From the human T2T-CHM13v2.0 reference genome, Homo sapiens: DNA of 64,000 nt. The stretch lies in the NCBI RefSeq assembly GCF_009914755.1, contig NC_060930.1; one strand, given 5' to 3'. Under the pieces are notes generated by a model, which did not search any database, had not been told where the DNA came from, and saw only the letters and a list, made by a program, of their open reading frames with translations. Numbering within the stretch: the stretch's first letter is position 1; each line of letters opens with the position of its first letter. Below are positions 15,833 through 35,471 of this stretch, in pieces. A program made the translations under genes and the position numbers.

Positions 15833-15959
15833 TCAAAGGAACCACTGATCTAACCTTTGTCACTGTAGATTAGTTTGTATTTTCTAGTTTTGTAAAAATA
15901 GAATCCAGTATGTACTGTATTTTGATCAGTTTCTTTTACTCAGCATAATTATTTACTCA

Positions 15960-16362
15960 GCAGTCCTTGCTGGTTTCATGATGTAAGTGGTCGTGTGGGG
16001 AAAGTCCACATGGCCAGGAGCTTCAAGCTCCTCTAGGAAGTGCGGGCAGCCTCTCAGAATTAAAGGCGTCTTCCAGCCAGCAACCAGCAAGAAGCGGGTG
16101 TCCTCATACCTAAAGCTGCAAGGAAATGAATTCCGCCAACAACCTGAGTGAGCTTGGACATGGATTCTTCCCCAGTCAAGTGTCTAGATGAGAATGCATC
16201 CTGGTGGGACACTTCAATTAGTCTTGTGAGACCCTAAGCAAAAGACCTAACTAAGTCATGCCCAGACTCCTGATCATTTATTATCCTGAGATAATAAACG
16301 TATGTTGTTTTGAGACCCTGAAGTTTGTGCTAATGTATTTTGCAGCAACAAAAAACTAACAT
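15960..16362 (+). mobile_element. MaLR MLT1 LTR fragment
   Basis: GCAAGGAAATGAATTCCGCCAACAACCTGAGTGAGCTTGG...GAGATAATAAA motif. Confidence 0.75.
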
Positions 16363-16368
16363 ATTTTA

Positions 16369-16692
16369 GGCTGGGCACAGTGGCTAACACTGTAATCCCA
16401 GTGCTTTGGGAGGCCTAGGTGGAAGGATCACTTGAGACCACTAGTTCAAGACCAGCCTGGGCAATAGTGAGAAACTGCACCACCCCCCCACAACCCCTCG
16501 TCTCCACAAAAAAATTTCTAAAAATTAGCTGGGTGTGGTGGCACACACTTATAGTCCCAGCTACTCAGGAGGCTGAGGCAGGAGGATGGTTTGAACCCAG
16601 AAGTTCAAGGCTACAGCGAGCTATGATTGCACCACTGTGCCCCAGCCTGGGTGACAAAGTGAGACTCCATCTCAAACAAAAAGAAAAAGAAG
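16369..16692 (+). mobile_element. AluJ-like
   Basis: GGAGGATGGTTTGAACCCAGAAGTTCAAGGCTACAG J-type right arm. Confidence 0.9.
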
Positions 16693-18618
16693 AGTAACAT
16701 ATTTTGAATCAACAGTTTGTTTCTTTTGTTGCTTAATAGTATTTCTTTGCAGGGATATACCACAATATTTTAGCCATTCATCTATTGATGAACATTTGGA
16801 TTATTTCCAGATTTAACTAATACAAATAAAGCTGCTATGAGTATTTTTGTACAAATCTTTATATGGACACATATTTCCTTTTCTCTTGAGTAGATACCTA
16901 GAAGTGCCATGGCTGAATCATATGGTAGTATGATTAACAACATTAGTTATATGATTAACTTTTTAAGAACCTGTCAAAATGTTTTCCATAGTATTTACAT
17001 GCATAGGACAAATTTATAAGAGTTCCAATTCCGCTATGTCCTTTCCAATACTTCACCCTCAGTCTTTTAAATTTTAGGCATTCTAATAGATGTGTAGTGG
17101 TATTTGATTGTGATTTTAGTTTGCATTTCCCAAATGACTGATATTCAAAGTATTTTCCTGTGCTTATTTGCTAACAATATGTTTTCTTTGAAGTGTCTGT
17201 TCATATCTTTTGCCCACTTATTTAATTGGGTTGTTTATCCTCTTAGTGTTGAGAGTACTATATTAAGTATTGTTCATTCTGGATACCAGTCCTTTATCAG
17301 GTAAGTGCATTTATAAGTATTTCCCCGAGTTTGTGGCCTGATTTTTCATTTTCTTAACACTGACTTTCAAAGAGCTATTTTTAATTTTGAAGAAATCCAA
17401 TGCATGTTTGTTCTTTTATGAATTCTGCTGTCATATCTAAGAAATCTTTGCCTAATCCAGTGTCATAAAAATTTCTTACATTTTCTTGTAGAGGTCTTGT
17501 AGTTTTAGGTTTTATGTTTAAATGTATGAACTGTTTTAATTTTTGCAAGGTATAGACACAAGTTCATATATATATATAACATATTATATATATATATATT
17601 TTGCATGTGGATATTCAATTTTTCTAACACTACTTTTTGAAAAGACTATCCTTTCCACCAGGATGCCTTTGGGCCTCTTTCAAACATCAGTTGTTTATAT
17701 ACATGTTGGTTTGTTTCTGGATTCTCTATTGTGTTCCATTGACCTACTTGCCTATCTTACAACCATACCATGCTGTCTGGCTTTCTGAAGCTTTATAATA
17801 ATTCTGTGAAATGAGGTAGTTGATAGCCATCCAGGTTTGTTCTTTTTCGGAGTTGTTTTGGCAACTGTAGATCCTTTTCATTTCCATATTAATTTTGGAA
17901 TCAGATTGCCAATTTCTGCAAAGAAACCTCCTGGGTTTTGACTGGGTTAGTGTTGAATTTGTGTATTCGTTTGAGAATAATTGTTATCTTAACAATACTG
18001 AGTTTTCTGGCCTATAAGCAAGTTTTATCTCTCCAAGTATTAAAGTCTTCTTCAATTTCTCTCAGAAATATTTTGTAGTTTTCAGTGTATAGATATTTCA
18101 CATCTTTTCTCAAACTTATCCCTAAGTATTTCATATTTTAGTTTTATTATAACTTTTTAAACATTTCTGATTGTTACTAGTATATACAAATGCAGTTTTT
18201 AATATTGATCTTGCATCCTACAGCCTTTCTGAACTCAACCATTAACTCTAGTAGCTTTTTGTACATTCTGATTTTCTACATGAGATGGCCATGTCATTTG
18301 AGAATAATAAGTGCTATCTTCACAATTTAGATGATTCTTCTTTCCTTCCATTGTTCCTTCTTTTCTTTCCTCTTTCTTTTTTCCCCTAATTTCACTAGCT
18401 AGAATTTCCAACATTGAATAGAAGTGGTGAAAGCAAACATGACTATCTTGTTTACGACCTTAGGGGGAAAACATTCAGTCTTTAAGTATAATCTTAGTTG
18501 TAGATTTTTTGTAAATACACTTTATCACATTAGGAAGTTCTCCTCTATTTCTAGTTTACTGAGAGTTTTCATCAGTAATGAATGTTGAATTATGTCAAAT
18601 GCTTTTTCTGCCTTATAG

Positions 18619-19002
18619 TGTGACAGTCCTCCACCAGCTTGCTTAAGGGTGATATCTGCTACTTGAACCCTGAAGGCTGGGTGATAAGCCAAGACCATGG
18701 TACCCAGCTGAGGAGCAGGTATCCCTGAGAACCCAAACATCCCAGAGAGTATCTGATCAAGGAAAACAGTCTCCTTGCCTAAACACAGTAGGCAAAGACC
18801 AGAACATTAGCTTAAAAGCAGCTTAGAGATGGTGGCAACACAGCTCTCTAGAGCTGTCTTGCTGCCGTCCAGGAATGCCCTGTATATAAGTCCTAATAAA
18901 CTCATCTACTTATCAAGCTGAACTTGTCCAAGTCATACTTTGGTCTCTCGGTTCCTTCTGAGTTTGGGAGAAATGTTACAGTCCCACGTTTTTCTTGTAA
19001 CA
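18619..19002 (+). mobile_element. ERVL solo LTR (LTR47-like) inserted in an L1
   Basis: TG...CA ends, TATATAA and AATAAA, GAGGAGCAGGTATCCCTGAGAACCCAAACATCCC motif. Confidence 0.7.
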
Positions 19003-19284
19003 TTCCTCTGTTGAGATTTCTTAGTTTGTTAATATGGTATATTATGTTGATTGATTTTTCTAATGTTTAACCAACTCTACATTTTTTGGAAAAGCCAGGA
19101 ATACTTGATCATGATGTATTATTCTTTTTACATATTACTGAATTTGAATTTTCTAAAATTTTGTTTAGAACCTTTGTATCTCTGTTCATGAAGGATATTG
19201 GTCAATAAGTTTCTTTGTTTATATTTGTCCAGTTCTAGTATCAAGATGATGTTGCCCTATGGAACGAATTAAGTTAACCAATAT

Positions 19285-19487
19285 TTTAAGAAGCCAGATA
19301 GTAAATATTTTAGGCTGTGCAGACAATAAGGTCTCTGTCACAACAACTCAACTTTGCTGTTCTGGTGGGAAAGTAGACATAGATAATACACAAATAAGTG
19401 AATGTGGTTGTGTTCCAATAACACTTTTTTTGAAAATCAGGTGGTGGGTCATATTTGGTCTGTGGGCCATAGTTTGTTGACCTCTGA
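19285..19487 (+). mobile_element. MER58A (hAT-Charlie)
   Basis: GCCAGATAGTAAATATTTTAGGCT...CTCAACTTTGCTG...GGGCCATAGTTTGTTGACCTCTG. Confidence 0.8.
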
Positions 19488-19539
19488 GTTAGGAAGTATT
19501 TCTTCCTGATTCTAACACTTCTATGAAAATGAAAAGCCA

Positions 19540-22310
<2,771 letters not shown>

Positions 22311-22662
22311 AAAACCAGTTATTTCCACTGTTTTCAGAACAAATCAACAGACTGAAGTTTACTCGTGTCAACAGTGTGTGAGGTTACAATGTGATACTTA
22401 CTATTCTTGAGATGGAAATGTTCAGAAAAGAAGCCACACAAAGCACATGGTGGAAGAGCAAAAATGCAAAACAGGCTTAAAGAACTGTGAGAGTTTAGAA
22501 AAAAGCAATAGATCAAAGGGATCAAGAATGGGCATTAGAAGATGAAACTGAAGACAGAATAGGGAGTAGGGGGTTCCAGGCATGGAAATAGGATATTCTG
22601 TATGAGGAAAAGAGAAGAACCTCTTTAGTTGGGCATGAAACATACATTCTAAGTAGAAATAA

Positions 22663-23926
<1,264 letters not shown>

Positions 23927-25923
23927 ATGACTTACACTTTATTGTCCCCTAATACATAGCCCTGAATAGATGGCGGTGACTTTTTATAATAAGGTCCTTT
24001 TGGTGATATTTTCAAGAGGAGTGTCTCAGGCCATGTGGTTGCAAGTGCAGATTTAAAATAAGGAGAAATCTAGGCTAGAAACAAGTTTGCCAGCATTCAT
24101 CCTTTCAGCTGTACTACGTCACCTACTCTGCACTAGGGCCAGAGAGGAAACAATGGCTGGTGAAAGAGCAACTGATATTTCTGAAGGCGGGAAGACATAA
24201 ATAATTAGAACAAAAGAGAGGGTGAGCAAGGAATAGTGTTGACAGCGCAGCCCTCAAGTCTTGGGTCCTTCTAAGTGCAGGATGGAAAAGGAAGCATTGA
24301 TGATACATAAATTCTTACAAGCCAATGTTTCTCTTCTAGGAGAAATGGAAACTCAGAAATCAGTGCTCTCAAAGAAGGGAAATTAGGTATGATTTCTTGG
24401 GAGCCACAACCCAACAAGGCTTTCCAAATAATACAGTCCTGAATTTGAGCCTCAGAGAAGGCAGGTATATTTTCAAGTCATGCACTGTATCAATTGCCTT
24501 TTTTTGGTACATAAAAGAAAATACTGTATATGCTAATAATCATTAACAAAAAAACATTCAGGTAAAAAGAAAAAATCTGAGTTTTAACAAAACTGAAAAA
24601 CACTCAGAAGAGGACTATATGGAATGACAATTTGTTTTTCATCTTCTGGATCATCCCCTGAGGAAAGTAAAGAAATTTCCCTCAGGATATTCCAGTTGGC
24701 AACAGCAGAGCAGAGGAATATTACTTTATTCATTTATTCAGAGAAGTACTTTGCTGGGCACTGTTCTAGAAGCTGGGAAATACAAGTGATCAAAATATAA
24801 CCTACCCCACAACTCCCAAATCCAGCTCGAAAAAACTTTTAGTGTGGAGGATGGCATAGTAAAGATAATAAGCCAATGAATAAGGAAAACATAGCATTTC
24901 AGATCTTTATATTATGATAAAAAAAAAAAAGTCCTAAATTGGAACAGGAAACACAGATGGGGTGGCTCAATTACAAGACAGCAGTTAAAGAAGGCCTCAC
25001 TGACAAGATGAGTTCCCAGTGTCAGGACCCCAATATCCTTCCTTACAAAGAGTGGGGATCCCACCCTAGAAAAGGAATAGCAGTTCAGCCACCCCACAGC
25101 AGCTCTGGCATGGCTGTTTCTGGATACCTTCATGGAGAAATGCACACACTGCCCTTCATTTCAAAGATGAGCATCAGTCTCGTCTTCAGAGAAGATGCAG
25201 CCATTGTGGGGTTAGGGTTTCTCTCCTCAGGTCACTAGTGTAGATGCGCCTGCTGAGAAGTTTCAGCCACTCCACCTGCAATAAGAAAGACAGTTAATGA
25301 GAAAAGCAAGAGACAGAACCTGTGAAGAACATGTGACCATCAGTCATTTGAATGAAAGGGGGCAAATGTGAATGAAAGGGGACACATTTGTTTATTTGTG
25401 TTTGTATAAAGATATTCCAGACAGGTACACAGGAAACGAATAAAAGTGGTTAATTGTAGTATATCAAAGATAAAACACCAGGCCTTACTTTAAATGACGA
25501 AAACAGATTTTATTTAGTAACCACTGACAGTGGGGAACCATCTGGGTTTCATAACTGGCACATATCAAAATCAGGCTCCACTCCTACCAGAGCCTGGGAG
25601 ACGAGGGCCCTATCTTCAGACGTTGACTGAAACAAACAGTAAATTCCTTTGGCGGCATCAATTGAGTTTTCTCAGGCAGGCACTTGAGAAGACCGGGGCT
25701 ATTAGTAACTATGTTCGGGTTTGTTCAGGTCTTTATAGACCAAGGTGGCCACCTAGTCCAGAAGAGGGCTCAGAAGAAGCCGCCTAGAGTTTGGTCAAAA
25801 AGAGAATCTTTGCCAAGTAGATGGGGGAACTGGGCGGCTGGGGGCTGTTGGGGATGTGATGGTTTATAGTATTTCTTGTATATTCAATTATTAAACCGTA
25901 GCAATGAAATGCCTAATCGAAAT

Positions 25924-26074
25924 CATAAAACGAAACAAAGTTTTGGCTACATTAGCCTATCCGTTATTGCCATAAGATGGCGACAGCCCTTCTCAACTCA
26001 TAAAACTAAACAAAGTTTTAGCTACATTATCCCATCCATTATCGCCACAAGATGGCGATAGCGCTTCTCAACTC
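25924..26074. repeat. Tandem duplication of a 75-bp unit carrying YY1-type motifs
   Basis: CATAAAAC.AAACAAAGTTTT.GCTACATTA...AAGATGGCGA.AGC.CTTCTCAACT twice. Confidence 0.9.
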
Positions 26075-26740
26075 GCCTGCGGGACGGAGGCAGGGTGCGG
26101 CCCGGAGAACTCCTCCCTGTTCCAACAGCAGCTCTCCAGCCCGCAGCGCTTCCTGACGTTCCGTTAGTTCAGTCTCCTGAACTTCTCTGCATGTAGATTC
26201 CTCTCAGGGTAGCCCTTTGTTGACCAAAAACGAAATATGTTCACTGATTTGGCCAGCTTTTTTTTTTTTAACTTTTTTTTTGGAGGGGAAAGGGAGTGGT
26301 CATGGACATCCTGAAGCAGACACAAAAATATAGAGAATCCTGCACTTCCCAAGTCTCGTCGCACAGGCTTCAACAATTACCAACATCTTGCCCATTTTGT
26401 TTCATTATCCGCACCCACACTGACAGATGAGGGAGTCTAAAAAATATCTGAAACATGAAATCCCAAATATGTGATTTTAATCATGAATATTTTCACAAAT
26501 ATCCTAACAGATATGGATATAAAGAAAAAACGCTAAGATTTTACACCTAAGAAAATTTAAAAAATGATGTGTAACATTATCCAATACCTAGCCCTTAAAG
26601 AAAGAAAATCCTGAATTGTCTCAAATATTTTTATATTTTGTCTGAATGAGATCCCACCAGATCCAAATATGGCATTTGATTGCTGTTCCTCTTGAATGTA
26701 TTAAAATCCATAGATTTACCCAAGTCTCCAAGTAGCCTGA

Positions 26741-27167
<427 letters not shown>

Positions 27168-28732
27168 CAAAGGTATATTTTTTATGAGACTATTTTTAAA
27201 AACACTCAAATTGTCTGTCACAGCTCCTTGCCTATGCCCCTAAAAAGAGAGGGGAGGAGTGGGGGAAGGGGGGGAAACAGAAACAAAAAGAAAACTGACA
27301 AACAGAGGAGGAGTCCAAAAGCCCAACACCCATTAAGTCAAGACTTCCCACAGTTCTCTAAGCCAGCAAATGAATGTAATTTAAACTGCTTTAAACTTCA
27401 TATAAAAATAAATCATTTTTGGTAAATCAATAAACAGAGGCATCTCCATGACTACTGGTGGGAGTATGTACTCCTCCTTTTCTAAAACAAAAAAAAACAG
27501 CAGGGAGCCCTGAGTTGGAAACATGAAAAGCATAACTTTTTTGAGTTGGCTATTATTAAGTGTAATATGAGAGGTACCACTCCATTCCTACCTCTCCTTT
27601 CTTTAACGAATGCATTTTGTCTACAGAAGAAATTATGCTTTTTCTTAGTCACTATTCAGCTCATCTATAACGTCCAAAATTGAACAGTACTTCAAGAGGG
27701 TGCTAAATGACTACATGCCACTTTAACTGAGTCTTCCAAAAATTCAGACTTCTGCTTATAAGGAATGTGGTACACATTAGGACTACCGAGTCTCATGGTC
27801 ACCCATGCATTACCTTACCCTTTCTGTATAATGTATAGAAATGGGTCCAAAAAATGTTGAGATATGAGGTATAAAGCGTTCAGTAAGTTCACAGATGGTC
27901 CTGCTAGCAATAGCATGTAAGAAAGTGAAGCATATTGAAATCTAGAGTGTTTATCTCAGTGAAGACAAATCTCTGCCTCATCCATGACAAAATACTTGCA
28001 AGAATACAAGAATACTTCCCCTGACATATGGGACACTTAGCAGCAGCAGTATCCAGAGGTCAGCCTTGGTGAGCTAAGTCTATACTACAGAACTCAAGTA
28101 TCACCTCTATCATTGCCTACCACCCTGGTCACAGTTTACAAGTAAATCACTTGGGCAATAAGTGGGGTGATAGGAAAAGAGACTACATGACAGCCATATG
28201 GTTGATGTGTACCTGATTGTTGATAGCCTCCTCTGAAGAGTGGGAATTTAGGTTAGCATTCACGTGGGATATTATTCTCATACTCTGGGACCATTCTGGG
28301 AAATTCATCCGTATCACTGTTCCCCAAAGCTTCCAGTCAACACAACCTCCACTTTTGCCCACTTAAAAAAATCTGTCTATCCAAACCATTAGCCATGTAC
28401 ATTCAGTTTAGATCAGTGTCTTAGGTCACTCTCCTTCTAGAAAAAGTAAACAATGACATTCAATACTCCAAATTGTGCTGAGTGGCAGCAATTCTTTTCC
28501 CTATTGCCATTTATGGACATACTTGAGTTACGGTTTCTAATACTACTGTTACAACCGGCATCAGTAGTATTAGCCAACATATATTGAATGCTTACTATGT
28601 ACAGGACATTGTTCTAAGTATACCAAAACTATTTGCTCAAGAGGCACTGTTACATCCCCCTTTTTAAAATGAAGGAAAAAGCCAGAGGAAAAAAAAGGGA
28701 AAAAAGCCAATTCTTCAGGAACTGGTTAGTAA

Positions 28733-29095
<363 letters not shown>

Positions 29096-30291
29096 TAACT
29101 CTTTGTCCTTATTAAGGGGACACCAGCAAGATGAAAATAACCCATAAGGTGATCATTTGTTTCATTACCCCTTAGGCAGTTTAGTCTTCTGAGTAACAGG
29201 AGAATTAGCTGGGTTCTTTTCAACTTAACTTTGTATAGTTTTCGAAAACCTAGCCTTTACAAATTTTCACCTGTGGCTGGACAATATACCCATGAGTCAG
29301 TCGCAATCCTCCTTTTCTTACAAACCCTGCTTTTTATTCTGATTTCTATATCCTGTAAGACAAAGAAGCAAGTTATTTAGCTTGGAAATTATCATCTGAC
29401 TATTTGGATTAATAGAGAGGGTCAGAGGCCCATGTAACATAACAATAATGTCATAAAAGTAATTTAAGTTCTGTTTATTCACAGAATTGATAACAGTTCA
29501 GTTATCCTTAGTACGGGATGATTATGGTGAAGGAAAAGAACTTGAGTGTATATTTTCTACATAGAAATATATACAACAAACCAGATAGCAATTCAGAGAG
29601 ATACATATTTTAGAAACTCTACAGACAGTTTTCAAAGGCTGGACAAGTGTCCGAGAAAAAGCTAAAAAAACAGAAGAAATTTCATAAAGCAGGCAATATT
29701 TAACTGGGCTTTGAAAAAAACAGGACTTGAGTCAACAAGGGAAACGTGTGTATTTGATAGTGGATTTAACAAAAATACTAATTGTTTTAGATGTTATTAC
29801 TGTGCTAAATTTAGATCCATTTTAAATAAACTAGATAGTAACTCAAGTTTATATACAATTACTACCTTTGAAACCAAAACCTAGTCATAGTGGGAGCTTC
29901 CAAATGCTTTATAGACCTTGGATTTTTACCTAAGAGACACATGACTGAAGTTACAACCTAGAGCAACATCGTTTGTTGGGTGACTGGTTCTCATTTGTGA
30001 CAACCTGAATAAGGGGGAACTTGTTTTTCCTCACTTCTTCTAGGCAAAGTCAAAAACAGTATTTAAAATACTAACGAAAGGAGTTTTAAAATTGAAATTG
30101 ACTTGTTTCAGAAAAGAGTCTGGGATAAATGTCCTCAAGCTTTCTGCCTTCATTACGCCCCGAATTGTCCTGTTTAGGCTTCTAATGCCTTTGCTTATAT
30201 AGATATACCATAAAAGGAAAATAGTATTCTAATCAGAAATAAAGCATTGATCTTTCTCAGGCTGAAAACTACAGCATTCAAATTCCGTTGT

Positions 30292-30585
<294 letters not shown>

Positions 30586-31135
30586 TTATGTTGCCATAAA
30601 GGGTCCCTTTAAAAAAAAAAACGCTCTATCCAACGAAAACTAATTAGAAATAAATCTCCTTCCCGAAAGCGATAAAATACTAAAGAATGAGAAACTGACA
30701 GTTTACTAAGTTTGTAAGGAAGGCCAAATAAAGGCGGGGTTTGGATTCCTTTGGCGCACCCAAGCCGACCGTGGACTTCCTGGATACAACAACCAATCAG
30801 GATGCAGAGGAAGGGCGGGCGTTGCCCGGGCAAATTCAAACTGACAACCGCTGCAACTTGGCACTGTTCCAAATCACTAACCGACGGGGGACCGACGAGT
30901 ATTTTAATTGGTTTCTAACGTATTTTAATTGGTTTCGAACTTATAATAGAAAATTTCCCATCTCCTTACTTAACTCTAAGATTAGAATGGCAGATCTAAA
31001 AAAAAAAAGTCACTAAGGATTAGTTAAATAACTGCTCTACTTCAGACCAAAAAACACAGTAGCAAGTTACAAGGGTTTGTCAGTGGCCAGCAGAGGAGGA
31101 ATACAAGCACCAGCTCTTTCTTTGAGAACATGGGT

Positions 31136-31151
31136 GGCTCTTAAAAGAGCC
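31136..31151 (-). terminator. Histone 3' stem-loop of H2BC11
   Basis: Minus strand GGCTCTTTTAAGAGCC followed by ACCCA; U7-binding HDE AAAGAGCTG at about 31111-31119. Confidence 0.95.
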
Positions 31152-31184
31152 GTTAGGGTTGAGAGTTTGCAACCAACTCACTGT

Positions 31185-32279
<1,095 letters not shown>

Positions 32280-32329
32280 CTATCTGTACTAGTTTGTGGC
32301 AGCTCAAGTAAAATCGAGTCCAAACCAAC

Positions 32330-32345
32330 GGCTCTTTTCAGGGCC
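32330..32345 (+). terminator. Histone 3' stem-loop of H2AC11
   Basis: GGCTCTTTTCAGGGCC followed by ACCCA; purine-rich AAAAGAAC at about 32361. Confidence 0.95.
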
Positions 32346-32676
32346 ACCCACGTCTTCTCTAAAAGAACTTAACATTTATTCCATGTGAAAGAAAGTGAGA
32401 CATGGACAAGACTCTAGTCATAAATTACCCATCTTTTTGAAAACAGTGTAGCGAACACCGCAGATTTAAAAGAAAAACTAGAGGGAAGGTGGTCCAGATT
32501 TTACCACGCTTAAAAGTTAAGATGTGAACAAATCTCTTAGGCCATTACTTAATTTTAAACTTAATCAGTGTGTGTCCACAGAGCACCAGTGGCTTCGTGA
32601 GTTCTTGAAGCACTTTGGCCCAAAAGAGTTATCGCCCGGGCTAGAATTTAGCAGACAGCTGTTCCACGCGGGCCAG

Positions 32677-32790
32677 GGCGGCATGAAGAAGTCCCGCCGC
32701 TACGTGCCCGGCACAGTGGCCCTGCGCGACGTTCGGCGCTACCAGAACTCCGAGCTGCTGATCAGCAAGCTGCCGCTCCTGCGAGAGCTC
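32677..32790 (+). pseudogene. Histone H3 gene fragment (about residues 33-68)
   Basis: Translates [33 protein letters not shown] versus H3 [34 protein letters not shown]; no N-tail, no C-terminal fold, no stem-loop. Confidence 0.88.
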
Positions 32791-33366
32791 GGCGGTGACG
32801 CCGCTGCACGAGAGCGAGGCTGAAGAACTTTGTGACACAATAGTCCACCTCCCTGCAAAGGCTCTGTCAGAGACTCACATCTTTCCTGATGGATAGCTGT
32901 GAAGCATTCTCTTACCCACCCTACTGCATGTTGCAAAGTATTCCTTTAAAATGAAGTGAGTAAAATACTGGGATGACGTTATCTGGAGCCCAAGAAAGAT
33001 GGCTCATTTGGAAAGGCCTAATATCCCAAGTTGCTTACCTAGAAGAACTTGACAGGATAGTTAATAATAAACCTTAAAACCCATGAAGAAATCTGAGGTA
33101 AAGTGTTAGCACACAGACTGTTAAAATGTCTGCCTCACAGATAGGAGGGAAAATATATAGAGGATTATAATATGGTTCAACAAATGTTGATGAGTATTAG
33201 AAATGTACATTAGAAATATTAGAAATGTTTATGACTATTAGAAAAGTACAGGGTATTGGGCGTTCCTGACACAAACTGAGGCCTCCTAGCAAGACTGGCA
33301 GTTTTCTGTAAAGGAGGGTTATTTACTACGGTAGTGCAAATAACTTTTGGTGTTGTAGCTAAATAA

Positions 33367-33727
<361 letters not shown>

Positions 33728-34655
33728 CACTCTGAAGTAATCTTAAGAAGACGTTAACTCATTTTTCTTGTGTATTGTAGACACTTTTGGCTGTCTGGTA
33801 ACATGGAAAATCTCAGAATGATGTTTTAAGTATATAAAATGCCAAACAAAGTTAAATTACAGTTATCAAAGTATTTTTAAAACTTCATAGTGATAAATGA
33901 GACTATATAGTTATATTGTTAATATAGTTAACACATTACATGATTTGGTGAGCCTAATTGCTGTTACTAATTAGAGGAGTAAAAATGTTTCACGATAACT
34001 CAGCAATTGTAATGAGAAATGAAACATCTAATGTCTTTTGGGTTACAAAGTAACAGGTACTGAGATTTGTGGCCTAAATTCATAATAAAGTGAAATGTTC
34101 AAGTTCAGTCAAGGTTAAGTTTTTAAAAATAGATATTTTACTACCCAAACTCACAGACTTCCCCTTCAACACCCTCCAATTGCTGAATTTTTTCCTTAGG
34201 GGCATTGTGACATATAAGTACGGACCTCAGGTTAAAAACTCTTGCTCTAAAATTTGGTCAACCTACCCCATTTCTTTTCAGCTCCTTTTCTCTAGATACC
34301 TCCTCTTCCTATCTGGAATTTCTTTAGCACTTAGTCTACTGACATCTCATAACCTTTTACTGTGTCTGTTTCTTGTTCTTAAAATATAACTACTTCCAAT
34401 CCTAGTATAAATACGATGTTTTGGAACAGAAACAAGTGCTGACAATATCTAGCAAAAATAGGTACTTGAGAGGCCCCCCAAATAGTAAAATATTTGGCTT
34501 TTTGATGGATTTTTATACTGTGTAACCCAATAATTTTACTCATTTTTGAATTGCCCTGTCTTTAAAGGTCTTTCAACTTATTTAAATTAATATTTAATAA
34601 ATTTCACAATTAAATGTACAGTGGTTGGACACAGGATGTACTTTGCAAGTGTAAC

Positions 34656-35251
34656 TGTTACTGGAAAGGGGTCCCAATCCAGACCCCAAGAGAGAGTTCT
34701 TGGGTCTTTCTCAAGAAAGAATTCAAGGCAAATCCATAGAGTACAGTGAAAGCAAGTTTATTAGAGAAGTAAAGAAAATTGTTCTTTTGTTCTATTCTAA
34801 GGATATTTATAGTTATTTCTTGACTACATGCTAAACAAGGGGTGGATTCTTCATGAGTTTTCTGGGAACGGGGTGGGCAATTCCCCAACTGAGAGTTCCT
34901 CCCCCTTTTAGACCCTATAGGGTAACTTTCCGACGTTGCCATGGCATCTGTAAATGGTCATGGCACTGGTAGGAGTGTCTTTTAGCATGCTAATGCATTA
35001 TAAGTAGTGTATAATGAGCAGTGAGGATAACCAGAGGTCAATTTCCTCACCATCTTGATTTTGGTAGGTTTTGGCTGGCTTCTTTACCGCATGCTTTTAT
35101 TAGCAAGGTCTTTGTGACCTGTACTTTGTGCTGACCTATTCTGTGACTACAAATGCCTTAAGCCTCTGGGAATGCAGCCCAGTAGGCCTCAGCCTTATTT
35201 TACCCAGCCCCTATTCAAGATGGAGTTTCTCTGGTTTAAACGCCTCTGACA
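34656..35251 (-). mobile_element. MER41 (MER41B-like) solo LTR
   Basis: Minus strand starts TGTCAGAGGCGTTTAAACCAGAGAAACTCCATCTTGAATAGGGGCTGGGTAAAATAAGGCTGAG and ends GGACCCCTTTCCAGTAACA. Confidence 0.88.
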
Positions 35252-35471
35252 AAGTTTGCTGCCAGATTTGTTTTGTAATGTGAAAGAATGTGAGAACTCA
35301 GAGTTACTCTATTTGAACTAAGTTTATCTTGATAGTCAGTTATCCTGTTAGAAAACAGACTGATTAGCATAACATTTTTTTAAAATGTTATACTGCGTGT
35401 ATGTTTACTATTTCAGAACTAAATTTACCGTCAATTTCAGAAACTAAAGAGTCTGACAAACTCAAATATCC

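Noticed and set aside
27550-28560. Possible ERVL/MaLR internal remnants here and at about 52830-53410
   Set aside because: The resemblance is too faint to assign a family or boundaries by eye.
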